From the NCBI GenBank assembly GCA_002104905.1, contig MCFE01000165.1, positions 83,015 through 147,014 on the forward strand: a DNA stretch of 64,000 bases, given 5' to 3'. Made by a program: the position numbers and the translations under genes. Below are positions 50,923 through 61,920 of this stretch, in pieces. The notes beneath the pieces are model-generated. The model saw only the letters and a program-made list of their open reading frames with translations. It did no database searches and was not told the DNA's origin. The stretch comes from Basidiobolus meristosporus CBS 931.73. Lineage: Eukaryota > Fungi > Basidiobolomycota. Positions within the stretch are counted from its first letter, which is position 1, and each line of letters opens with the position of its first letter.

Positions 50923-53041
50923 TCATGACCATGGGTTGTACAGACTAGACTGACTAGGTAGCTTTGGGAATGTTGGCTCCTGCCTTTGCCAGTTGGCCAA
51001 TGAGTCTTGACTAGCATTGTTGTTGGAGGTGGGCCCCGTGTGATGGTACGGTGTGTCTTCGTGGTCATCGTCTGACGATGATTCCTCACTCTCGTTCGCC
51101 TGGCGGAGAAGTCCTTGTGATTCCTCACTCTCGTTCGCCTGGTGAAGTCCTTGTGACTCCTGGTTGCCATAAGCTTGCTGCTTGGTTCCGTTGCTGGCCG
51201 AGGCAGAATGCGTTTCACCGGTGGCCGAGTACGAAACGGTTGGATTCTTGCCCTTGATTCTTTGATTCTCGGTTGGCTTGCGAATAGGGGAGGACACTGT
51301 GATGATTGGATAATTATAGTCACCATGCACGAGTTGCCGAGCGGCCTCATAATCATCCTCCATGCCATCGGATTCATTGACATCTGGGAAATTCAAACTG
51401 ATCGTGTCGGAGTCCATATGGCTCTGGAGATCATTGGGTCCAGCTTTTGCTGCAGTTTCAGGCGTAGGAATCCAGTATTTAGTCTGGCCCCCGTCGACAT
51501 ACCGAAGTCCCGCCAGAATACGCTGGTTACGACTCTGTCCCTCCGGTACAACTCCTTCAGCTGGCTCAAAAGCGCGGTAATTAAACCGATCTCCAGAATA
51601 GGTTTCGAGAGAGTCCTGAATAATATCGCGTAAGCCTAGAGCGTCGCGGATGGCGTGGGGAAGAGTCATACGGCCAAAATGAAAATCGTAGTTGTTGTAG
51701 TCCTTGTAGGTAAAGGAGTGCCTGATGTTGCAAGAGAAGTTAGCCATGTTAAAAAGCACAGCCAGAGCATCACCTCCTTACCAATGCCCTATGGCCGCAA
51801 ATATCATCTCGAAACAAATCAAGAAATCCTGGATCGCAACAGCAAGTTGATCCGCATTGAAGCGCTCGTCTAAGTGGGAGGTCAGTCAAAGTGTTGGCAG
51901 AATATTAGACAAAGTTGGTTGCTTACTTCCTCGGATAATTCCCAACATGACCAATATGGAGATACCAAGTCCTTGCCAGAATGAAAAGAAGATGACCGAC
52001 TTGACGCAAAGGAACTTTGGAAAGGGTCTAGCGTTTCCCCAAGGTTAGTGGGCTCCAAGTCGAGAGCAGCAAGGATGTTGTCTACTAACCGATAGGCTTT
52101 CAGGTCTTCTTTAGTCGCCATGAAGAATAGAACTAGGCAATACAAACTCAGGCACACGCTTAGGTTGTAGATAAACGAGACCCAGAAGTAGCCCGAAGTC
52201 AAGGACAAATCGCCCTCATTGAATTTGTTGCATAGCTTCAAGATCATGGTTGCTGCCGCCAATACCGGCTTGATGTACACATATTGAAGAATTCCACGCT
52301 AATAGAACGGTCAGACTGGGATTTATGTTCACTGAAGTCTCAGGAAATAACCAACCTTGACAAACAGAAAGTTATATGGATCACCGATCTGAATAAAGCC
52401 TTCTTAGTAATTAGCTTGATACCAATAAGCTTATTTAAGTATTTACATCCATCTCCTTCGACCACCAGTTCACTGGCCACATATGCTCCGTCGGCTGCCT
52501 TCCGTGTAGCATATTCAGCAGCTCTCTTTCGCCTCCCAAGTAATTGACTAAAAGGCTGAAGAAGCAGTACAAAACGAATGCCTAAATAATACTCCGGTTC
52601 AATACCAGGCGGATTTGACAAGTAGGGGGAGGAGACTAACTTCGTAGACATCGCGCAACGCATCGACGTAGAAGGCAAGCTTTAGCGAATACAATGATAT
52701 CCAAGAGGAGATTGCATAGACAGGAATCCTGAGATTTATGGCTGGATTATTACCAGAGTTCTTTGAAAGTTTCATATCTCAGCACTACTTACATCCATAT
52801 AATCCTCATAACATTACGTTGCAAATTCTAATAAGTATGATGGTTCTTCTAGTTCAGATAAAGGCCTGTAGCGAGGAAATGGAGAGATTAGGTGATCACT
52901 GACCGGGCGTGCATAATTTTTCAAATGACTCCACATGCAATAAAGCGATATGCCAGTGGCAATAATGGAGAAGAGACCGGCAAATCGTACGGCTGTATTC
53001 CCCAGTTCTGAACCCGCTCCACTATTATCATGAAGCTCCAT
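50923..53041 (-). CDS. TMEM184/OST-alpha (DUF300) family transporter with acidic disordered tail
   Basis: HLKNY, LQRNVMRI, IPVYAISSWISL, RPFPKFLCVK...FFSFWQ, IQDFLICFEM and RMTLPHAIRDALG. ORF 50923-51759 is the last exon. Confidence 0.88.
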
Positions 53042-53547
53042 TGCTGCGGGGTTGTGATATGTTGCTGAAAGAATAGAAGAAAAAGGAGACATAAGACTAT
53101 TGCTAGCGAATCAACCTTATCGAATAGTCGTGGTTGATATGTATAGGCTAAGAGTGAAGATTATGTACTGTGGATGGTGTAGGAATAGAATTAAGGAATA
53201 AAGGTATGTCAGATGTACACAAAAAGGTATGACCGCAGAATGAAGCGAGCCAAGGAAAAGGAAGTGATCATGACTGTGTGTACATTCACTCACCATAAAT
53301 GCATCACCGATCATGAAGTGCTGATTTAAATGGGATGATTAATGATTTGGAAGCATTCGGTAGGCATTCAGTAAGCATTGTGAGTATTGGGAAAGTACTC
53401 CTGGATATCTTCGGCCCATCCAAGTGATCTCTCGACTTTTTAAGGGCAGAAATTTATCCCAATGAGCCTAGGGTTAGGGTTCGTTGGCCATGAAGGGGTT
53501 GGGTCTATTTGAAGAAATCCGCCTTGATATTCAACAGCGTATTCAAC

Positions 53548-54467
53548 ATGGCACCTGAGGATGAGCAAGAGGTGCCAGGTTATCACACTATAGTCACTAA
53601 CAGAGGTATTCTGGATGGCGAGCACACCCCACAGAATATCGCCTCCTACGGGTTTCTGTTGGGGATTGTGTTTGGTGCAGGCGTTGTGGCTTCGACATAC
53701 TTGGAGTCTCCTCAGCTCTGTCTTTACTTGGCAGCGTTGGCACTATTTCATTTCCTGGAATACACTCTTACCGCGATGTACAATTCACATACCCTTTCTC
53801 TGGATTGTAAGTATTCTGGTTTGAGCAACGTGAAGGAATCTTTAAGATCTAACTACTGCCCTAGCTTACTTATTGAATCACAGCACGGAGTACATCTTAG
53901 CTAACGCTCTAGTTTTTCTGGAGTTTCTCATCGAAAGGTATTTCTTCAAGGATCTTAAAACATTTGGCCTCCTGAACGTACTTGGTAAATGAGATCTCGA
54001 CCCATACTCAGCACAACCAACCTTGAATCTTGTTTACTGAAGCTCGTATGATACTCCTTAGGCATAGTACTCGTGTTGTGTGGACAACTAGCACGTACTT
54101 TGGCCATGCACACTGCTAAGCATAACTTCACACATCAGGTAGCCTCCTTTAAGGAAAAAGAGCATGTATTAGTAACCCACGGGATATATAGGTACTCGTA
54201 TGGCCTTGCCATCCTAATCGACCGATATTAATTAACATGCCTTCAAGTATCATGCGCCATCCTTCCTACTTCGGGTTTTACTGGTGGGCCTTAGGAACCC
54301 AGATCCTACTACTCAATCCAATTGGAGTCGTTGGCTTTGCGCTTGCATTGCATCACTTCTTTTCCAAAAGAATTGCTTATGAAGAATACACGTTGCAACG
54401 ATTTTTCAAAGAGGATTACATACAGTACACCAAGAGTACTGGTACTTTAATTCCTTTCATCCCTTAA
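53548..54467 (+). CDS. STE14: Protein-S-isoprenylcysteine O-methyltransferase
   Basis: LALFHFLEY, NFTHQV, LVTHGIY, RHPSYFGFYWW and RIAYEE..L motifs of ICMT; several GT-AG introns. Confidence 0.92.
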
Positions 54468-54740
54468 GAACTGCTGTGAATAAAGCTGCGTTCAAGTAAT
54501 GTGACCCGGATGGTTTTCAGTTATCTAGTTATGAATTGTATGGTCTTCACTAGCTGATACACGCATGGAAGGATTAGGCCAGCATCACAGGGCCTAGAGG
54601 CAACAGATTGCTCAATGTGGCAATCAGCTACCTATTGCTAGCAGTACTCCGGGAGTACTCCAGTGAAATCACATACCTACTCCTAGTGGTGCTACTCAAT
54701 GCATAGGCAACGAGTACTGCTCTGTTCCTATTCGTCTACA

Positions 54741-54873
54741 ATGCTGGAGTGAATCCAATACTCGATTGTTCCCGTTCAGGTGCGATACTGGAGTGAGCCA
54801 AATAATGACTTGTTCCCATTCATAGTACGATACTGGAGTGAGCCTAATATTGACTTGTTCCCATTCATGTGCG
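54741..54873. repeat. Three 44-45-bp tandem units upstream of the methyltransferase
   Basis: ATACTGGAGTGAGCC.AATA.TGACTTGTTCCCATTCA-like units start at 54741, 54785 and 54830. Confidence 0.85.
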
Positions 54874-55065
54874 ATATCAGGGTCAATTTGGTCTCAAATC
54901 ACCGCGTCATTGTTTAGGTGGAGAGGACTCAACAGCATGCTACATCAATGCTCATAATTGCCATGGTTCTATAGGGTTGTCGTCAGCACAACGTTGCCCC
55001 TAAAAAGTTCTCTATTTATACCAAGCGGAACATGAGCCAGCAGTACGTATCGAAAGCTGATTACG

Positions 55066-56019
55066 ATGCTTGCAAAACTAGAGCTTCTTCCTGACCTTGC
55101 TGCTCCAGGTGTCCTTTACGATCGGGGGTTCAAATTCTTTCTGGACTCGGTTGACAATTCACTTAGTCAAAAGTATTGGATAAACGAGAACATTCCAGAG
55201 CTTCTACCATCCAACCAGAGTCAGATCTCAGTACTTTCCGTTGGTTGTGGTGATGGAAGTACCGAGCTTGACCTTTTAACCTCGTTGTCCAAGAAAGGTC
55301 GGAAGGTTATTTATCATGGCATCGAGCCCAATGCAATTCATAGGAGTCGGTTTCTGCAGAACCTTGAATCCAAGTTTTGCAGCAAAGCTTCGGACAAGGG
55401 TGACGGCATTGCCGGATTTCAGACATCAAATCTAGAAATGTTGTTGTTTAACTGTGCCTTTGAGGAATTCCAGCCTCTGCAAGAGTTCCAGCAGTACGAC
55501 CTCATTATGTGCGGTCATTCGCTGTATTATGCCCGGTCACTTAGCGCTTCCCTTCATCGATTACTGTTTGAATTACTCTCTTCGGATGGCCATCTAGTCA
55601 TCGTCCACGCCACATCAAATGGCTTACCTCAGTTTCAACGCTTCTGTGGGCTACACCCTGGTGCACATGACATCTCATCCCTGAAAATTCTAGAGGAGCT
55701 ACATCGCCAGCTCGGTGCTCAGCAGACGTTCCGAACCGAATGGATCCCGAAACTCGTTACCACTAAGAAAGATGCCCAAATAAGGCAACAAATCACTGAT
55801 ACTTACATCAATGTTAGCTGTGTTTTTGACGATGCTGCGCAAGAAGAAGCACGCTTATTGTTAGGCTTCTTTATCGCAAAGGACCTTACAAATGCTTCAC
55901 ATGAGCAATTGATTGCCCTAAGGGAGCTGATGCGTCCTATAGCAATGAAGTCAATGAATGGAGAATGGCTTTTTTGTAATCCAGAAGGTTGCATCATTGT
56001 GAAGTCCCCATCCATGTAG
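55066..56019 (+). CDS. Intronless class I SAM-dependent methyltransferase, histamine N-methyltransferase-like
   Basis: VLSVGCGDG (motif I), GIEPN, YDLIMCGHSLYY and C-terminal INVSCVFDD...LLLGFF, which resembles the HNMT MDISDCF...LLWDFL segment. Confidence 0.75.
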   Translation: MLAKLELLPDLAAPGVLYDRGFKFFLDSVDNSLSQKYWINENIPELLPSNQSQISVLSVGCGDGSTELDLLTSLSKKGRKVIYHGIEPNAIHRSRFLQNLESKFCSKASDKGDGIAGFQTSNLEMLLFNCAFEEFQPLQEFQQYDLIMCGHSLYYARSLSASLHRLLFELLSSDGHLVIVHATSNGLPQFQRFCGLHPGAHDISSLKILEELHRQLGAQQTFRTEWIPKLVTTKKDAQIRQQITDTYINVSCVFDDAAQEEARLLLGFFIAKDLTNASHEQLIALRELMRPIAMKSMNGEWLFCNPEGCIIVKSPSM

Positions 56020-56757
56020 AATATATCCGAAAGCGACTGTTTAAATATCACAAATCTGCTGAAACAATGTCAATAAATAACATAGCTGAAGGTTAGGCTT
56101 ATGTTTCAAAGAAAGGCCTTACAAGTATGCATGCATAATATGAGGGCTTTTGGGACAAACTTTGGGATTTTGCACTCTTGGTACTCTACATTTTAGTGAA
56201 AATATTACAGGTAGATAGCAACATGGAGTTTGGCCAAGCAAAAATATTCCTGACAGTAATGTGCACAAGAGAGAAAATAAACACTCTTGTACTAAGGTAC
56301 ACTGGTCCAAAGAACCAATAAGTATAGAGTCTTGAAATAGTTACACTTGTCTAAGGAATACTAGCAGAGTTAATCTGGACAACTATTGAACTGGAGGGTA
56401 GCAGGGATTTGCCACTCAAGTGAAATGCATAGGTTTGCAGAACAGGCTAAGTCTGGTACTTTCTGTTGTAATTAAACCTAGGTATTGCTGTGTACAAACT
56501 TTATAATATCTTGCCCAAACTCCTTGTTTGAATATATTTAAAATACACTACAAAAACAGCAGATACTCAAGGAAAGAAAAAATTGCAAGGTTGTCCAAAT
56601 ACCTTCAGATGACACACTAATGTTTTTAGAAAATTACTAACCAAGCTATTAGCATGTATTTTGTAAAAACAGTTATAATATTAAATACTACTTTTATAAT
56701 CAGTAAATTGTTGAGTGGGTACTGATGCAAGATTACAGGGAATACTAAAAGTGGCTT

Positions 56758-57210
56758 CCCTATGAAAAATAATTTGGTCCCATGGTGGATCCAATCCCAA
56801 TCAGCCATCAAGATTCTGTTAGGAGACCACTATAATACCAGCAGCTTGGAATTAGTGACCATCTACACAATCTTGTGACAGGATCACAATGGTATTTTGC
56901 TAATTTTACAACTAAATAAAGTTGATAAAATATAATGGTGTTTGTATGGTGTTTTACCAAGGGTGGATTGGCATTGTTGCATTCTTAGTGCACTTTACAA
57001 CTATTTGAGTGGATCTAACCAGCCAGTACATCCAATTGCCTTATATGGCAAAAAACTTGACAGTGTTTTGACAGCCTCTTTGCAAGCCTGTGATGGCATT
57101 ATCATGGCAGTATGGTGGCCTACAGCTAGTTCTGTATTAGGCTACCATACCAATTTACCAAACAGTATTTCCGTTTTCTACCTCCCCTTGTGCAATATAT
57201 ATTCCACTGT
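56758..57210 (+). mobile_element. Second copy of the CACTA-like terminal region
   Basis: Colinear, diverged match to 7130-7583, beginning at the same CMCTATGAAAAATAATTTGG boundary. Confidence 0.6.
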
Positions 57211-57729
57211 AGAATCACCCCTCTTTATTTGCTTACCCACTACTACCTTGGGTATTCCACATATAGTTTGAATCAAAAAATACCATGGCCTCCAGCTTAC
57301 TAACCTCTACAAATGTGCACACCTGCTGCAATTGACATACTTCTATCACCTCAACTCTACAGCTTTTTAGTGTGATGCTTGCAAAGTTGCCAAATACCTT
57401 GTATTGCTGGTAACATATATATCTTGCAAACATATGCTTGGTTGCCACCACTTTTGTAAAGGAATACCTCCTGAATATCCACAAAGAGCTTTTTGGTATT
57501 TAGCCATTATATTCCTTCTCCCTGCTGGATTCTAGTCCTCCTTATAGGTGCATTCTGGCTCTTGTTTGTGTGAATTCCAAATTGAATGGTGTAGAAATTG
57601 GCTTGTGACCAAGAGAAATACGGCATGTCTTGGTAGAGTTTTCCTAATAAAAATTAGTTGCTTGTTGCACCCAACCTAACTTTGCATTACTTGAATGATT
57701 ACCCATGCATTTGGGATGCTTAGCATCTT

Positions 57730-60470
57730 AGGAGGAAGACAGTCACCAACAGGTGAAATCTTAATTTCAGTTGAAGCAAGGAAGCCAGCACTACTGTTGT
57801 AGCTCTGATACAAGAGTGTGTAGCTGAGGGGAGTTTGTTGGTAAGTTAATAAGAGATGATAGTTCTTCAGTGCTCAAGACACTGTTTAGTGAGAAAGGGG
57901 GTAGCAATAGGGGTAAGTAAGATATGTGAACAACATTAATAAGGGGAACATGATAAGGATTGATACTAATCATAAAGGGAGTGTGATGGTTCCAATATTG
58001 CTGCCAAATATCTGCCAAGTACTTCAGGTAGGCCAGCTTAGGATTTTCTGACTGCAGGATGTATTGAGCAAGCTTCTTGACTTCAGGATCTCTAAGTATA
58101 GTTCTCCAGCAGGAGCCAGGTGTAGTATGGTATGTTCTCTTCCAGGCCTTGATCAGTGGGTTGTAGCAGTGGTGAAGTCTCAAATATAATATGGCTCTAA
58201 GGTGCAGAAGTCTGATCTTATTGGGCATAAACCCAAAAGCACCAAGAATAGCATGTCTGTAGGGGCATTCAGACAGATGAGGCATCAAGCAGGTAAGACA
58301 CCAAACTGGAAACTTGTCAAGCTTGGTGCTGTCTCTTGAAGTAAAAGAGAAAAGTGGTAAGCCAAATTCCAGGACAGGGAAGACAAACTGCTTGAGTAGA
58401 AGGAGGCTGCTGTGAGCTGAAGTTGTAGGAGGAGTAACAGCCAGTAGCTTGTGGAGTGCCTGTCTTGCCAGGATAATTCTCTTCTGCAGGTGTGCTCCAG
58501 AGTCTAGTCCAGTAGAAAGGAAAGGAAAGCCAAGATATGTAGCAGAAACCTGAGCAGGTAGAGTGGAGTTCTCCAAGTTGATGGGAGAGCCCAAAGGTAC
58601 TGTCTTTGCAATGGAAAGCTTGAGATTATTCTTCTGCAGATACTGGTGGATGGTCTGGGAGTCTTGTTGCACATTGGAGGAGGGTATTCTGATGTCATTT
58701 GCAAAGAGAGTAGCTGGGCAGTCAGCTGAGAGTGTTGGGAAATCATTCAGGAAGATGGCAAGTAGTACAGGACTAAGCACAGAGCCTTAAACCACTCCAT
58801 TAGGAACTGAGAACACAGCTGATTGCTCACTTAGGTGCAGAATTCTTGCTTGTAGATCCAGAAACAGAGACCTGACAAGGTGGGTGAGAGATCTACTGGA
58901 GCAGCATTGCAGCTAGGACCAAAGCACACTTCTGTCAACTATACAAAAGGCCTTAGTAATATCAAACAGAACAGAGGGATACTTGCACTAGAGGGAGTAA
59001 TCTTAGCTAAGTATGACTGAATATTGCAAGCAGAGGCCAGCAACAATGCCAAACTGTGCAGGGTGAAGCTTTAGGGAGTCAGAGTAGAGCTTCTGAGCAA
59101 TCAGAAGCTCAAACATCTTTCTGCAGGTGGGCAGCAGAGATATTGGCCTGTAGGAGCTAGGATCCAGGTGCCTTCCTTTACAGTTGTACAGTGGCAGAAC
59201 ATTGGAAAAGGACCATTCCTCAGGAGTAGAAAGCTGGGCTGAGCATTGCTGAAACAGTGGAAGTAGCAGAGCAGACATTACCTTGGTACTAGTCTTCAGA
59301 AGCTCATAGAAGATTGTGTCCACACCTGTGGCAGTAGAGTTGGGAAGCCTCTTGAGTACATTATGGTTTCTCTCAAGGGGAAGGGAAAGTCACCAAGGTA
59401 GGTGAAATCATCATTGGATTTCCAACAAGTCTAACTACAAATAAAGGGTTAGGGGAGGGAAAGTCACCAAAGTAGGTGAAATCTTTATTTGATTTCAGAC
59501 AAGTCTAACTACAAATAAAGAAGCCAGTTGGGAATAGAAGATTCCCAGAGTAAACACTAAGTTGAATATGAATAAATCTAAGCTAAAGTTAAGGCAGTAT
59601 CCCAGAGTACACTGGAGTTCAGGTTCATGGGGGAGTGAAGTAGATAAGCTTGAGAGATATAATAATCTTTTAAGAAGTGGGTAACAGCAGGTGAAGGGGA
59701 GTTTTTGATAAGTGAGGTGAATCTTGAGATCAGAGATTCCTCTAATGAGAAGGTCTTGTAAACTGGGGAATCAGGAAACTCTTTCAAGGCATGGTCAGTA
59801 GGTTCCCAGTAAAACTGGTCAGAGACATTTTGAGAGAATTGTTTTCAGCAATACTTTTGTCAAGTGCTACCTCCAGAGTGTGATGGTTGATAAATCTCAT
59901 GTTGACAATCTTGGATAAGTTGTAACCTTGTTGCTTGAGATACATCGTATGCTCAGATATAGGAATAAACTCCACATTGGCAAAGTAGCAGACAGCCCAG
60001 TCAGCAGCAGGAGGCAAATCAGAAGTGGCAGGAAACTTTCTTTTGGTCTTGGGAGGAGCAGCAGGATGTCTTGAGGAAGCAGGAACAGACTTTTTGACAA
60101 CTTCAGAGTAGGAAGAGTCAGGAGGAGCAGATGATTCTTGGGAAGTCTTGTTGGCAGGAAGAGTTGGCACAGGGACAATAGATTCTTAGGGTGGGTTATG
60201 GGGAGGAAAGTCACCAAGTGGTGAAATCTTTATTTACTTATGACAAGTATCTAAAGAAGCCATGTTAATCTGAAGTAATTCCTAGAAAGCTAGGTCTGAG
60301 AGATATATTCCTGGTAAGCCAGGTCTGAGAGTTGAGAAGCTGAGTGGTTAGGGTGTAGGTGTTATAGTAAGGGCTAGAAAAAGGTTAGAAGAGCAGGGGG
60401 TCTGGGGGACGCAGTCCCCTAGAGAATAAAAAAGCAGGGGGTTTGGGGGATGCAATCCCCCATACTGCTC
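57730..60470 (-). mobile_element. Decayed non-LTR (LINE-type) retrotransposon: ORF1-like region ~59600-60190 and RT 57791-59330; no endonuclease visible
   Basis: YRPISLL, LHPAQFG, LSPVLLAIFLND and LFANDI (decayed xADD) are non-LTR RT motifs; frameshifts are present. The outer ends are approximate. Confidence 0.85.
59377..59520. repeat. 74-bp tandem duplication carrying the double-hairpin motif
   Basis: GGGAAAGTCACCAA.GTAGGTGAAATC...AAGTCTAACTACAAATAAAG occurs twice (GTCACC at 59389 and 59463). Confidence 0.9.
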
Positions 60471-60989
60471 TTATACTCTTTAAGTTCCCGTTGGATTACT
60501 TTTCTCTCATTCTTGGTTCTGGTCCCTTAGGGTTAGAATTCCTCCTCCTAACCCTTATCACCCTAACCATAAATATTTTTACCCTACAATTGGCACATTG
60601 TCTGCTCATATGGTGGGCATGTCTGGGCCAATATTTGTCTCCCTATACTGTCTATACGCTCTGTATAAGTCTTGATGACTATTTAATTAATAAATTGTTA
60701 TTTTTAATGTATATCTAATAATTAATGGGATTCATCCCAATCTGACCACAATCCCATATTTTGATAAGCTTCGGGCACCATAAATTGCACGGCCCTAATA
60801 TGATAAAAAAATTCATGGCCAATACAAATTTTCTGTAACCCAATTGCTTTTACCAAATATAAAGTGTATCCAAAAGTTCAATATATATTATGGCTATAAT
60901 AGAAACTTTATTTGACACCATTGCAACTACTACTTATGTTCTATGCGCACATGTATCCCGCGGGAATTGTAAAACTTAGCCACGTGGTA

Positions 60990-61920
60990 CAAAAGTGCTT
61001 TTATTTTTCATCATGATAGTTTTACATGAGTTCCTAATGCACTTTGAAAGTACGCAGTAGCCATACCCCAACAGGTTTTAAGGATGCCCACTAGCTACGT
61101 CTACTTGTGTCTAGCGGGAGCCATCAATCATCAGCCGCGCAATACTGAAATGCTTTTATTTTTCATCATGCTAGTTTTGTATGAATCCCTAACGCACTTT
61201 CATAGTGCGCGGTAACCATACCCCAACAGGTTTTAAGGATACCCACTTGCTACGTTTACTTGTGTCTAGCGGGAGTCATCAATCATCAGCCGCGCGGTAA
61301 TAAAGTGCTTTTATTTTTCATCATGATAGTTGTACATGAGTCCCTAATGCACTTTTATAGTGTGCGGTAACCATACCCCAACAGGTTTTAAGGATACCCA
61401 CTTGCTACGTTTACTTGTGTCTAGCGGGAGTTATCAATCATCAGCCGCGCGGTAATAAAGTGCTTTTATTTTTCATCATGATAGTTTTACATGAGTCCTT
61501 AACGCACTTTCATAGTGCGCGGTAACCATACCCCAACAGGTTTTAAGGATACCCACTTGCTACGTTTACTTGTGTCTAGCGGGAGTTATCAATCATCAGC
61601 CGCGCGGTAATAAAGTGCTTTTATTTTTCATCATGATAGTTTTACATGAGTCCTTAACGCACTTTCATAGTGCGCGGTAACCATACCCCAACAGGTTTTA
61701 AGGATACCCACTTGCTACGTTTACTTGTGTCTAGCGGGAGTTATCAATCATCAGCCGCGCGGTAATAAAGTGCTTTTATTTTTCATCATGATAGTTTTAC
61801 ATGAGTCCCTAACGCACTTTTATAGTGTGCGGTAACCATACCCCCAGAAAGTAGTGTGGATGCTTACTTTAAATGCTCACTTGTGTATTGTACGGACTAT
61901 CAACAAACAGCCGCGTGGGA
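60990..61920. repeat. Tandem array of six 155-bp units plus a degenerate partial unit to the left
   Basis: TGCTTTTATTTTTCA recurs at 60996, 61151, 61306, 61461, 61616 and 61771. Central units are nearly identical; edge units are diverged. Confidence 0.97.

Noticed and set aside
56070-56450. Diverged copia LTR
   Set aside because: Only a ~60-bp patch resembles the family LTR, and the termini and TSD could not be defined.
60340-60570. Telomere-like TTAGGG/CCCTAA words (also at 53467-53480 and 59447)
   Set aside because: Isolated one- or two-unit matches in both orientations, not an array.
61440-61480. Box C/D snoRNA-like motif on the minus strand (ATGATGA...CTGA) with a guide resembling the complement of SSU rRNA CGCGGTAAT
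   Set aside because: The boxes are only ~28 nt apart and complementarity is just 9 nt, offset from the D box. Probably coincidental.
61543-61552. GTATCCTT (U12 donor consensus) in each array unit on the minus strand
   Set aside because: No gene context and no matching branch site or acceptor on that strand.
60990-61920. CRISPR array or 5S rRNA array
   Set aside because: There are no unique spacers; whole units repeat. CCATACC resembles the 5S start but nothing else matches.
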